Of a stretch of DNA of 64,000 nucleotides, positions 26,424 through 37,948 are shown piece by piece. Under the pieces are notes generated by a model. The model was not told the DNA's origin and searched no databases. It was given only the letters and a program-made list of their open reading frames with translations. Position numbers and translations under genes: made by a program. Each line of letters starts with the position of its first letter. The first letter of the stretch is position 1. Source of the DNA: Octopus sinensis (lineage: Eukaryota); the NCBI RefSeq assembly GCF_006345805.1, contig NC_043000.1, positions 87,110,001-87,174,000 on the forward strand. The letters are read 5' to 3'.

Positions 26424-27394
26424 TTACATGCTGATATAACGACCTTTCTTTTCAATCAACGTTACTAATCTGTTGTCCATCGAATTTGTTGCAGCTGTAA
26501 TACTTTGTATAGCATCCCACAGTTCTACCTACTCTTTATCTCCTTCATAGAGTTTCTGTTTGACGATTGACCAGAGGTTTTCTGTTGGGTTCAAGTCAGG
26601 GCTTGAGGGTGGCCACCCCATTATTTTGTCTTCAGCAAATCGTTTGCGCTCAAGAAACTCACGAGTTAAGCGAGAAGCATTTGATGGAGCATTGTCATGC
26701 ATAAACATACACTTTATCTTGAAACTGTGAGGCTGACGCTTGTACCATTCAAAGAAAGTTTGATCCAAAAATTCACAATAATTTGTACTGTTGAGTTTTA
26801 CACCTTCGTCAAATGATGGTCAAATGATGGTTCTATTAACAATATCTACCCATATCATTACACCACAACCTCCTTGTTGCCGTCCTCTCGTCATAGGAGC
26901 ATCTTGGCCTGACAGAACCCATCCTTTAGCTCATCCATCTGGACCATCTAATATGACGCGCGATTCGTCCGTGAATACATTTCTGAAATGTTTTAAAGTA
27001 TATTCTTGTCCACTTTAGACGTTTATCAATATTAGTTGGAGATATAGGAGGCTGGCGAGGAGATTTTTTCACAGAACAAATGCCATGAAGGACTCAACAC
27101 CTTTTGTTTCTCTTTACTCCAACAATCCCAGCCATATTAAATACCTTATCACTACTGAGTAGTGAGTTTTTAGCGACGATGCGTTTCTGCTGACGTTTAT
27201 TTCTCGTGGACAAGTTCTTGAACCCCTTTTCAGATCTTGGTTTCCTGTTTTTTTGTTATATCTTCAGTTGCTTTCTTGATTGTTCGATGATCTTGGCCAA
27301 GCTACTTCGAAATGTTCAAAGAGGTCATGCCATCATTTAAAAGCTTAGTTATTTTCTGCTTTTCAGACGCTGTAATATCTTTCTTTTTACCCAT
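26424..27394 (-). pseudogene. Tc1-like transposase pseudogene
   Basis: MGKKKDITASEKQKI start; MHDNAPS and WPPSSPDLNPTENLW catalytic motifs; internal stop codons. Confidence 0.9.
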
Positions 27395-27882
27395 GATTAT
27401 ATCATGACCTGCAAAATAACAAAAACGTATTATTAACACTGTAAAAATATAAATTCCAACAGTTGCATAATAACTTCAGACAGCCAATTTCAGTAAATGC
27501 TCAATTACTCACGAAAACAGATCAGATGTATGTCAAATTTTAGCCACAATTAAGAAAGAACATTTATACCAACATCCTAAAATTTCAGCTTCCTATGTAC
27601 ATGTACATTCATTTTATTAAAAAAAACCGATTTGCATAATATCTTCAGACAAGGTGTATATAACTTTGATAATAGGGGGATCCCTGAATAATCGATGTAT
27701 ACCAAAATGAAGCGCGCCACGAATTGGCTACACAGAATATTACAAGACAGCCTATCAAGTAATCCTTAATCATAGTACAGAATGTACCGATGAAGGGAAG
27801 TTCACTGTTGTTATGTAATCCACAACTCCAGTAGTAGCCAAAGGTATCCAACGATGAATGGATCCTTCGGGTTCCATAGTAA

Positions 27883-27936
27883 TACTCACTGATGAAGACT
27901 GTTTACCACAGGGTCCGAAATCAGGTAATATAAGTA
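27883..27936 (+). ncRNA. Type I hammerhead ribozyme, decayed (helix I/III mismatches)
   Basis: tactca-CTGATGA-a-gac..gtc-c-GAAA-tc-aggt-aa-TA-taagta. Confidence 0.65.
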
Positions 27937-28282
27937 CACCTGCAAATCCATTTGCGATTTTTAATTTGCTATTTGGTAAGTTGGCTTTATATTTACTCGT
28001 TTCCTCGAATTCGCCACTGTATATAAGTGAAAGCTCTGGTTTTTGAGCCGTTTTGACTCTTATTTCTAGTAATGCTGTGTACTATCTTGTACCCTGATTA
28101 TAAATTGATAATTTTTACCCGTATGGTTATTTTATGCTTGCTAGCCACTTATATTACTTCTTATTAATAATAATATCTTTATTTTAAAAATTATATTCAC
28201 TTCGATCATTTTGAATTTGCCGCTGCTTTCAAACAGTCAATACACACATGGTGGCGCGAGTACTTTTAGCCCTCGGCTGTAA

Positions 28283-28340
28283 TACTCACTGATGAAAACT
28301 AAATGTTTACCACAGGGTCCGATATCAAGTGATATGAGTA
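28283..28340 (+). ncRNA. Type I hammerhead ribozyme, decayed (GAAA to GATA)
   Basis: tactca-CTGATGA...gtcc-GATA-tc-aagt-ga-TA-tgagta; helices I and III intact. Confidence 0.6.
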
Positions 28341-29019
28341 CGTCTGCAAATTCATTTGCGATTTGTAATCGCTATTTGGTAAGCTGGCTTTATATTTACT
28401 CGTTTCCTCGAATTCACTAGTGTGTATAAGTGATAACTATGGTTTTTGAGCCGTTTTGACTATTATTTCTAGTAAATGCTGTGTACTACCTTGTACCCTG
28501 ATTATAAATTAATAATTTTACCTTTATGGTTATTTTATGCTTGCTAGCCACTTATATTATTTTTTATTAGTAATAATTTTCATAATATGTATATTTATTC
28601 GCATATATACATAATTTGATCTCACCGATTCAATCACACTGATTTGGTCTAACCTACAACCCTAGAACGGTTATTTTGCATGCATACATGCATACACACA
28701 CAGGCACGCACACATACACATTTATATGTATACGCATTACGTATACTTGCAAAGGTTTTATCAAGTTGTCGGTGGGAACTGAAACCTGTATGTTTGACGA
28801 GGAATATCTCGTGATTTGATATATGTCCCTTGCGATAACGATCTGTTGTATTTCGCATCTTATAAGATCGAAAGAAGACGCTCAAGACAAAATAGTGATG
28901 GGTTTGATATAAACGACTAAAAGCTTGAAAGACGGTGCCTTCAGCAGGGTATCTTCCATTGATTAAATCCAATAAGAAAAGGAAAAAGAAGGCAGAAAAG
29001 AATAAAAGAATGGACTGTG

Positions 29020-29600
29020 TTGAAGCTAATGGAACGCGTTTGTCCTGTGATCTACTTTTGTTTCTTGCATTTCTTCCTGATTGATTCTAAAATTAACGGC
29101 TGTCATTGTAGTTTGGAATTCTTCAGGCAATATGTATTTTTATGTTGCACTTCAATATTAATGTTGTTACGAAGTAATTTTGTATCAAAATATGGTATTT
29201 TATGCCAAGAACTGTAGTTTATATGTCTTCCTACTTGTAGTATAAACTTTGGCAGGCTTTATGTAGGACAGTTTTATATAAATATCATTTTCTTTTCCTC
29301 ATTTAATGATCATTTATGCTATGAGAAAGTCACCATATTCTTATCACGTGTTTCAGAAGGAGCTGGATTGTTCTGAATATCGATTTTTAAAAGTGTCTTT
29401 CCTGAGTATTTAATAACTTCCTGTTGGCTGTTAGCACTATAACATAATAATAACTGTCGTATTTGCGTGGTCAGTGGTTCTAAATTGTACAATTGCATTT
29501 AGATCTGAGGTGGTCTCTTCTTCTATTACTCTGATTTCCTTATTCGAAATGCGCCGGAAACTTATATTTATGTTGTCATTAAATAATTTGTACAACTGGG
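29020..29600 (-). mobile_element. Possible very old Penelope-like remnant
   Basis: IPYFDTKLLRNNINIEVQHKNT resembles the PLE RT-to-GIY-YIG linker; weak similarity judged by eye only. Confidence 0.3.
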
Positions 29601-29876
29601 AAATGTTTATTAAATCGAGTTAGAAAATTTCCCGCAGTTCTTACTTTTACATATTTATTGCATGGCAGATAAAACCAAGCTGTAATACTTACCTAGGTAG
29701 AAATTTAAGTATTATATTCATTAAGGTACCGTTATATATTTTCTCTAATTAGAAAACTTATTTTTCTGATCAAAGATTTTAGATATTTTTATACATATGT
29801 TCTCAGTACAATTTTAAGATGGTTAGTGTGAGTTTTCTTTATTACCTGTCTAGTTTACAATAAAATTGTGAGCTCT

Positions 29877-29924
<48 letters not shown>

Positions 29925-30478
29925 GCTGAAAGGGATGAAATATAATCCTCACGAGTTTGTTGTTATTGATATATCAAGGTCGAAGTCCTTGAGAGTTTGA
30001 ATTACCCTTCTTTTAAAAAGAACTTATTTGATTTATAAAACCATATTTTTTGTACTTCATATATAAACCATGAGTCTGTTCAATACTATTCAATACTGAG
30101 CCTATCTGTTCAATACTGAATCTACTTTCTAACTTATCAATAATATATAATCCCATCAATTGACACAAAACGGCTTAACTGAAACTATGAAGTTTAATAT
30201 CGAAAAGATTCTTGACACTTTTCTTTATTCAGGTGGAATCATCTCGAAAAATAGCGATTTCCTTGCATTTCAAAAGCATCTTCGTTGATGGTGACGTATC
30301 TACAACATCATAATTTTCAGATAAAATGTCTTTTAGACAGACGGTTAAAAGCCAACGATGTCAAACATAATTAACTAGTATAGTTTTTTTTAGACAGTTC
30401 AATATTTAAGAGATGAGGAATTATGTACATTATTTATATTATTTACATTTGACGGATATTTGTCCTCATCTTCTTGTT

Positions 30479-30524
30479 AACACAACGTTTCGGCTGATAT
30501 ATCCTCCAGCCTTCATCAGGTGTC
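30479..30524 (-). ncRNA. Minimal type I hammerhead ribozyme, intact core
   Basis: gacac-CTGATGA-a-ggctg-gaggatatat-cagcc-GAAA-CG-TT-gtgtt; palindromic ACGT helix III typical of PLE hammerheads. Confidence 0.88.
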
Positions 30525-30613
30525 TTGGAGGAAATTTCGAACCTGGGTTCTCATTCCTAAGGTATTTTTCGATGTTGTTGTTGTTGTTGTTGTTGTTATT
30601 ATTATTATTATTA

Positions 30614-30904
30614 TCCAGTAGTTTTATTTTTATATCGTGCTTTCACCTCACTACCGAGCTCAGCTCTGTGTGCCTTGGGTATGTGCTGTGGTTTGTTGTG
30701 ATGCTCTTATGGTTACTGCACTGAAAGTATTTTGCGTAGGATGTGTGCAGTGCCCAGTAGTGCAATTTTCTGGTGTTTTTGTTATGTATTTGTCTGAATA
30801 TTTTTTATCATACCTAATGCGCCTACTATCATAGGAATTGTTTCTGTTTTTAGATTCCACATTCGGGTTACCTCTATTTCTAGGTCTTTGTATTATTATT
30901 ATTA

Positions 30905-30937
<33 letters not shown>

Positions 30938-31212
30938 CCAGTAGTTTTATTTTTATATCGTGCTTTCACCTCACTACCGAGCTCAGCTCTGTGTGCCTTG
31001 GGTATGTGCTGTGGTTTGTTGTGATGCTCTTATGGTTACTGCACTGAAAGTATTTTGCGTAGGATGTGTGCAGTGCCCAGTAGTGCAATTTTCTGGTGTT
31101 TTTGTTATGTATTTGTCTGAATATTTTTTATCATACCTAATGCGCCTACTATCATAGGAATTGTTTCTGTTTTTAGATTCCACATTCGGGTTACCTCTAT
31201 TTCTAGGTCTTT

Positions 31213-31213
<1 letters not shown>
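30614..31213 (-). mobile_element. Two tandem copies (323-bp period) of an R4/Dong 3' end
   Basis: 30614-30890 and 30937-31213 appear identical; same family as 54030-54350; shared internal deletion at a cag microhomology. Confidence 0.93.
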
Positions 31214-31278
<65 letters not shown>

Positions 31279-31284
<6 letters not shown>

Positions 31285-31415
31285 TCAGTGTCTGGAATCG
31301 AACTCGGAATCTTGGGGTTAGTAGACTGCGCTCTTAACCACTACGGGCATATGGCGTAGTGGTTAAGAGCGTAGACTACTAATCTCAAGATTCCGAGTTC
31401 GATTCCAGGCAGTGA

Positions 31416-31421
<6 letters not shown>
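31279..31421. ncRNA. Head-to-head pair of tRNA-derived Pol III heads
   Basis: Plus copy has A box tggcgtagtgg (31352-31362) and B box gagttcgattcc (31395-31406); mirror copy 31279-31345. Confidence 0.85.
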
Positions 31422-31466
<45 letters not shown>

Positions 31467-31520
31467 TAATGATAATAATGATGATGATGATGATGATAAT
31501 AATAATAATAATAATAATAA

Positions 31521-32091
31521 ATGCCCTGATGCAGTACCAGACAGTGCCTCTCGTGGCTTCTGATCTTAACTGATTGGAAGTGTTATGTATATTGTTTTGT
31601 CTTAATATAAAAGATGGGCTACAGCAAATATTCTGCTCAATACTACATATTTGCTTGTTAGTTGTTTGACCGTAACCAGTTGAGCATGTCCCTTGGTGGC
31701 GACAATATGTGCATCTCTGATCACGCGCAGAAGTAGTGGGGGAGTATCATAACCGAGTGTTGAAAGGAATTCTTAGAGGTTTGGATAATTCACCTTTGGA
31801 AACATAGGTGTTTCGTTCAACATCCTTAAACAACCCTTATTCAGGGACCTTTTGAGCGGGATGGGTTACTCGACCTGAAGAAAATTCTAACTGGGCCCCA
31901 CCTGCAAGGTCATGCGCTGTTTATCCTGATATGAGATCATCATGTCACGCACATATGGTTGTGATGCATGTGCCTGGTGTACCCTTATCAGACGTGTAGT
32001 GATGATGGGTATACTGGGCTTCGTATATTTTACGCCAGTGTCACTTTGATGGCATGCACTACTCTCTCACTCAATAATAATATTAATAATG

Positions 32092-32092
<1 letters not shown>
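31521..32092. mobile_element. 572-bp non-coding element inserted in (AAT)n
   Basis: Sharp boundaries in (AAT)n on both sides, more GC-rich than the flanks, no long ORF, no tRNA head. Confidence 0.6.
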
Positions 32093-32139
<47 letters not shown>

Positions 32140-32220
32140 GTAATAATAATATTAATAATAATAATAACAACATCGAAAAAATACCTTTGGAATGAGAACC
32201 CAGGTTCGAAATTTCCCCAA

Positions 32221-32266
32221 GGCACCTGTTGAAGGCTGGAGGGTATATCAGCCGAAACGTTGCGTT
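32221..32266 (+). ncRNA. Minimal type I hammerhead with core substitution A6U
   Basis: ggcac-CTGTTGA-a-ggctg-gagggtatat-cagcc-GAAA-CG-TT-gcgtt. Confidence 0.8.
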
Positions 32267-32626
32267 AACAACAAACAAGATGAGGACAAATATCCGTCAA
32301 ATGTAAATAATGTAAATAATGTATATAGTTTTTTTTAGTTTTGGTGTTCATGAAACCATAAGTGATGTGTGCTCTTTTGAATAAAATAGGTTCTCAGATT
32401 TTCTAATTTCATTATTAAAAATATCCAAGATCTAATTGTTAATTAGGACCTATCTCACTTAAAGTATCTACGTTTCTGAAATTAGACTTTGTTAGGATGC
32501 TTTTTCTCGTTTTTTTTTAACGATACATAGGAGCTACACTCAATCTATGATGAACTCTTTTTAAAAAGGATAGAGGAAGAGATTAAAAATGATATTTCAC
32601 ATGTACGCCAGATAGTATTGGAAGAT

Positions 32627-32859
32627 AGGCGGTGAGTTGGCAGAATCGTTAGCACGCCGGGCGAAATGCTTAGCGGTATTTCGTCTGCCGGCTACGTTCT
32701 GAGTTCAAATTCCGCCGACGTTGATTTTGCCTTTCAATCTTTCGGGGTCGATAAATTAAGTACCAGTTATGCACTGGGGTCGATGTAATCGACTTAATCC
32801 GTTTGTCTGTTCTTGTTTGTCCCCTTCATGTTTAGCCCATTTTGGGCAATAAAGAAATA
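32627..32859 (+). mobile_element. SINE family A (tail type 2)
   Basis: 17-bp TSD agatagtattggaagat at 32610-32626 and 32860-32876. Confidence 0.96.
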
Positions 32860-32965
32860 AGATAGTATTGGAAGATTTTAATTTTGTTCATAGTTTGCCT
32901 CTGATTTATTTTTAGCCTTCCCTGTTAATAAATTTTACTAAATGACTTTATACATTTCGTGCATA

Positions 32966-33360
32966 TACTCTTTACTTGTTTCAGTCATTTGACTGCAGCC
33001 ATGCTGGAGCACCACCTTTAGTCGTGCAAATCGACCCCGGGACTTATTCTTTGTAAGCCCAGTACTTATTCTATCGGTCTCTTTTGCCGAACCGCTAAGT
33101 GACGGGGACGTAAACACACCAGCATCGGTGGTCAAGCAATGCTAGGGGGACAAACACAAACACACACACACACATACATATATATATACATATATACGAC
33201 AGGCTTTTTTCAGTTTCCGTCTACCAAATCCACTCACAAGGCATTGGTCGGCCCGGGGCTATAGCAGAAGACACTTGCCCAAGATGCCACGCAGTGGGAC
33301 TGAACCCGGAACCATGTGGTTGGTTAGCAAGCTACTTACCACACAGCCACTCCTGCGCCT
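32966..33360 (-). mobile_element. SINE family B (full length)
   Basis: Reverse complement of the 25708-26120 type. Confidence 0.95.
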
Positions 33361-33893
33361 ATATATCGTATTAGCAAAATTATAAATCTCGTAGGTTTTG
33401 GTTAATGCATTGATGCTTAAATGTAACTTAATAAACTATGATAGAACTGGCCTTTTCAATTTTTATCCGGAAGACCAGTTATTTCTCAAATCCTTCTAGT
33501 TATTTAGTTCATGCGAGCCATTTTTGCGATTTAACCACAAGTTTATCGTTTGTGTTCATGTCCATTTTCATTTTTTTTTCAAAAATATAATCTTTCCCTC
33601 ACTTTATAACACTTTCTACACGATCACAAATAATTCATAAAAATTTTTCACCTGTTTATTAATAATTTGTAACACTTTTCGCCTGGTCAGTGATACTTTA
33701 TAACACTTTCTGTAGAGTCACTAATAATTTAGAGAGATCTTATTGGTAGGTTTTGGAATATTTTAGTAGAACATTTGAGATTTATTGATTTCATTAAAAC
33801 GCTTTTCGTGTTGAGTGATTAACATAATAAAAGCTGGTTAACAGTAGTAGTAGTAGAAGTAACAGCAGTAACAGCAGCAACAGCTGCAAGTGT

Positions 33894-34073
33894 GGAGGCG
33901 TAATGGCGCAGTCGTAAGAACGCGGTTTCGATTCCCAGACCGAGCATTGTGAGTGTTTATTGAGCAAAAACACCTAAGCTCCAAGAAGCTCCAGCGGGTG
34001 GGTGGGTGGGGTGGTGGTGAACCTCGCTGTACTCTTTCACCACAACTTTCTCTCACTCTTTCTTCCTACTTCT
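33894..34073 (+). mobile_element. SINE family C, partial
   Basis: Collinear with the 5' half of 21207-21520. Confidence 0.85.
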
Positions 34074-34084
34074 GCCACAAAGCA

Positions 34085-36790
34085 GAGGAACCATGGTGTA
34101 ACCCACTATGGTGTGGTAAACTTTCAGATTGCGAATCCTCTGTACCCCAGGATGGTTCAGTTCTCCACCCGTTAAAAAACCACCGTTTATGGAATGAGGA
34201 TAACAACGTAGCTTTTGTGCCCGTGCAACCGCCAGTCTATCGCGTGTGATGGGTGGATCTTCAAGTTGCCACACGCATTCTTTGTAGCTTAGAGTAGGTT
34301 CGAATTAGAGATTATTCTTTGTGGTTAATGGCGTGAGTCTTGATTGGAAGAAGATGAAGAAGGAAGAGGAGGAGGAGGAGGAGAATAAGAATAAGAAGAA
34401 GAAGAAGCAACAGCAGCAGCAGTAGTATCATCAACAGATATCATTCCTCAGATCACGCACTGTAATTGACTCTAGGATTGCTGCTCGTTTTGGTCCAAAG
34501 TGTCTTTGTTGTGCAAAGATAACTGATAGCAGAGGTTTGGAATTTACCTGCATTAAATTGCATGTTGCTTTCTTCAGCCCATCTTTATATGGCATTTTGG
34601 TCTTTCTGTAGAAGATTAGCATCAAAAGGTTCCTTGACTGCATGTGTCGTCACGATAGCTAGTAAATGTGGCTGTCTGTGTAACTGATGACATGTCCGAA
34701 AGAGCCACTATAAACAGCAGCGACCCCAAAATACGTCCCTGGGCATTCTACTTGCTATTACGGTCTCCTTGAAGAGGGTCCCATTGGCTACCACAATCTG
34801 GTTTCTGTAATTTAAGGAGTCGTGTAACCACTCTCCAAGTTTTCCAACTATACAGTCTTCGTATCTTGTGACATACCATTCTATGTTCAACCTTATCAAA
34901 GGCCTTTGCAAAATTGAGATATATCACATACACGTTTGGGCGGTTCGTTAATTCAACACCCAGTCAATGATGCAGAAGATGTAAGACAACTTCTTCCCGA
35001 GCAGAAGCTATGCTGGTTGCCAGGGAACAAGTCATTATCAAGGAACATAATCAGCTTCCTCCTGCAATAACGTAGCTGACATGTGAGGTTAGAGGGACAT
35101 GCTTATAATGTTTTGCTTCAAAGCTGCTACCTCCTTTATGAATAGGACATATGTTTTCTTTTAACTTTCTAGGAAGTTTCTCAGTTACAAGGAAGCTTTG
35201 AAAAAGGATCTGTAGTGTTCTTGCTAGAGCCCTTTTGCATTTCTTTAGTACGATTGCTGGGAATCCACCAGGGCCTGTGGCTGAGTTTAATCTCATTTCA
35301 TCAATGAATGATATTACATCAGTTTCCTCTATTTCGATCTAATTAGTAATTGCCATCTCTTTGTGTAAAGCTGTGGAGCCGAAGAACTCATCGAGCATTG
35401 CTACTTTCAGGAATCCCAATGGAGTTGTGAAAACACTCTTGTATTGCACATTCAGTATTTTATTTATCCTCTGGGGATCTGCAGTCAGTGAGCTATTTTC
35501 TTCGAACCTACTGAAGCAGACTTTTTTGAAAATTTATTGAAGGTTTTAGGGTTTATCTTTACATTTTTTACAGTTCGGGTTTCTTTCACTACCATTTTCT
35601 TTTCGTGGGAGTGTTTGAGTTAATTTTAGATTTCGAGAAATGTTTGTTTGAGATCGGATCCTTTACTATCCTTTAGTGGCCCATTTAGACAGTTTGAGAT
35701 TTTTGCTCGTCGTCTCATTAGAATCCTCCTATCCTTGAAAATTATATTGTTCCGTTGATTTGTTATTCTCTCTGGAATAATGCTGTAGCTTTATGTCAAT
35801 ATCTTGTTTAGAGAGACTGGTAGACTAGTTTTGTTCCATGACCTCGTTTTCGATACCCCTCCAACCAGATTTATGAAAGTTCACGTTGGAAAGGGTTGGG
35901 CGCTTCTGTTAGGTGACATGTCTGCAGTTTTCTGAGTGTCATACAATGTTAGTTCTATTAAGTTATTAAGAAAATCGTCGGTGTCACCATAACATTATGG
36001 ATGAGCACCGTGTTATTTGTGAAACAGAGGTCAGAACATTTTTATCCCTTATTGGTGGAGCACTATTTGCTCCATAAAGAGAATATTTGTAAGATCGAGC
36101 CGAGACTCTGCCTGCCTCTCTTCATGCAATGACATACCTGAAAGAAGGCGGCCCTCAGGACATTCGATATTGGAGCGTTCAAGTCTTTTAGAAAAAGTAT
36201 GTGAAGGTTGTCACCTAGTTTGTTTAATACTTCTTCCATCTTTTTGAGGCTATCTTCGAATGAGCCCTCATGATTTGGGATATCTGGTGAGCGATATGTA
36301 GTTCATATCACCATTTTGAGCTGTTTGATGTGCACTATCAGAATGTCACAAACTGAGTTTGAGTGTGACAGCAACACTACAGGCATGATATTTTCCCGGA
36401 TGTAGATTGTAACTTCACCATGTGTTCTTTCTCTCTTGTCAGAAATACTTTGGTATGTGTATTTCAGTATCTAGTATGTCAGCATTCAGATGTGTTTCTG
36501 TTAGTGCCATGCCTATTACTTTATTGCATATCACTAAGTCTCCCAGGTATTTGGTTTTGCGTTGGTGGGACGTTAGAAGGCTTCTGATATTTAGCAGGAA
36601 ACTGGTGTGACATAAAGCGTTTCCGTAGTGGCCACTGGTTTGACATTTCTAGAGACGTCAGTGGAGGCCACCCTAGATCATTTGTTGTTTGTGGTGGTCC
36701 TAAGTACTGGTACGTGTTTCTGAGGCTCAATGTCTGATGAATCCTGTGCTATTTCCCAAAAAGCATAAACGTCTTTCCATACTCAGTTCT
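34085..36790 (-). mobile_element. CR1/L2-group LINE, decayed (APE endonuclease plus RT remnants)
   Basis: YLNFAKAFDKVEH (34748-34933), NSATGPGGFPAIVLKKC and PIHKGGS (35051-35296), IYRSP endonuclease motif near 36290. Confidence 0.85.
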
Positions 36791-37854
36791 TATCCATTTT
36801 TTCATTCCTAACAGAAAAATATTTCTTACTAAATCGCATGTTAATCTTATATTAATAGGTTTTATTGGCATCAGCTGGTAATATTTAGAAAACGAAATTT
36901 CATGAAGTCCAAAACAAACTTGTCTTCAACAATCTGTGTCAGAAAGCTATAAGAAATAATGAAGTAGAATGACAATTTTAATTTCTTTCATAGTTTCGCA
37001 ATACATCATTTTCATAGAAAACAGAAAGTGATAGTGTAAATGTTTTTACTTTTATAAACTTATAATGCTGCAACCGTTGTGGAATTACTACGACTGTAAA
37101 CTTGATTCAATAGAAGCTATTCTCACGTATCTGATTCTCATAAGAATCAGCAGGAAACAAAACGAAATAAAATGAAACTAATAACGAAAAACCCCAACAA
37201 AATCTGTCATGATTTACTGATCTAGTACTCAATATACAAATGTACTTCACCATATATTTGACGCTATTAATGAAAGTCTGTTGACGGAAGTGGCTGATAA
37301 CTGGACTAAAATGTCTTATAGTATTTAATCTTTCTTATATTTCTCGGTTAACGTTGTATTTCATACATGTAGAATCGAGGAAACAGATCCATCTTATATG
37401 AAAGTATATTAATAGACTTTGCATTTCAACAAAAGTGCTTTGGTTCCAAAGAAAAAAAGAAGCAATTATATTTGTGAATGTTAACACGAAATGCAAACAA
37501 ATCAAAAAGTTCTACTTCCATGATTTATTTTATAACTCTATGATGTAAATAGACAGTAAATGCCAAGGCCATAGATATTCAGCTTTTGGTCAGTGGTGAA
37601 TAAGTGATAAAACAGATTTATAGGTTCGAAATATCATTTATGGAGATGCACATGATCAATAATAGTCAGTATTTGACCAACAAGCTTACATGGTATGTAC
37701 ATTGATAAGCTGATTGAATTAGAAACAATTGTTTTTTATTATGTTTTTTTCAAATCACGAAAGACGCCTGGCAAGTTTATAGTTGAAACACCAAAGTTTT
37801 TCAAGGAAATAACACACTGGAATAATTTGCCACTAGCTTTTTTTATACCTGTAG

Positions 37855-37948
37855 GACAACTTGAGCTTAGCTCTTATTGCAAAACTAATTCTTTGTGTGA
37901 AGCAACAGAGATTTCAACTAAAAGAACTAAAGACCTCAAATACATTCA
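37855..37948 (+). CDS. Candidate 94-bp internal exon of an unidentified host gene
   Basis: Acceptor ctttttttatacctgtag, donor gtaagt, two open frames; TE-poor surroundings; no recognised protein. Confidence 0.3.

Larger units (their letters stand above)
25703..27656 (-). mobile_element. Tc1-like (DD34E) transposon with about 215-bp TIRs and TA TSD
   Basis: TIRs caccttgtctgaag... at 25703/26121-26335 and 27445-27656; TA on both sides; left TIR split by a SINE. Confidence 0.92.
27879..28580 (+). repeat. Partial tandem repeat, 400-bp period, each unit starting with a decayed hammerhead motif
   Basis: gtaatactcactgatgaa at 27879 and 28279; units collinear for about 300 bp. Confidence 0.9.
30394..32323. 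mobile_element. Palindromic tRNA-headed, hammerhead-bearing element with nested insertions
   Basis: Inverted arms 30394-30574 and 32171-32323; central inverted tRNA-like pair 31279-31421; exact 15-bp TSD tatagttttttttag at 30379-30393 and 32324-32338. Confidence 0.9.

Noticed and set aside
27879-28580. CRISPR-like or prokaryotic array interpretation of the tandem repeats
   Set aside because: Only two long units, no repeat-spacer alternation, eukaryotic context; no CRISPR array is seen anywhere in the window.
31346-31421. Functional tRNA gene (ACT anticodon loop)
   Set aside because: Acceptor and anticodon stems do not pair properly and it sits inside a TSD-flanked repeat; treated as a SINE-type head.
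31730-31745. gtagtggggga match to the U1 snRNA 3' region
   Set aside because: An 11-nt match with no flanking similarity or Sm site can arise by chance.
31521-32092. HDV-like or hammerhead ribozyme inside the 572-bp element
   Set aside because: I could not build the nested double pseudoknot; the CTGAAGA at about 31875 has no downstream helix II plus GAAA.
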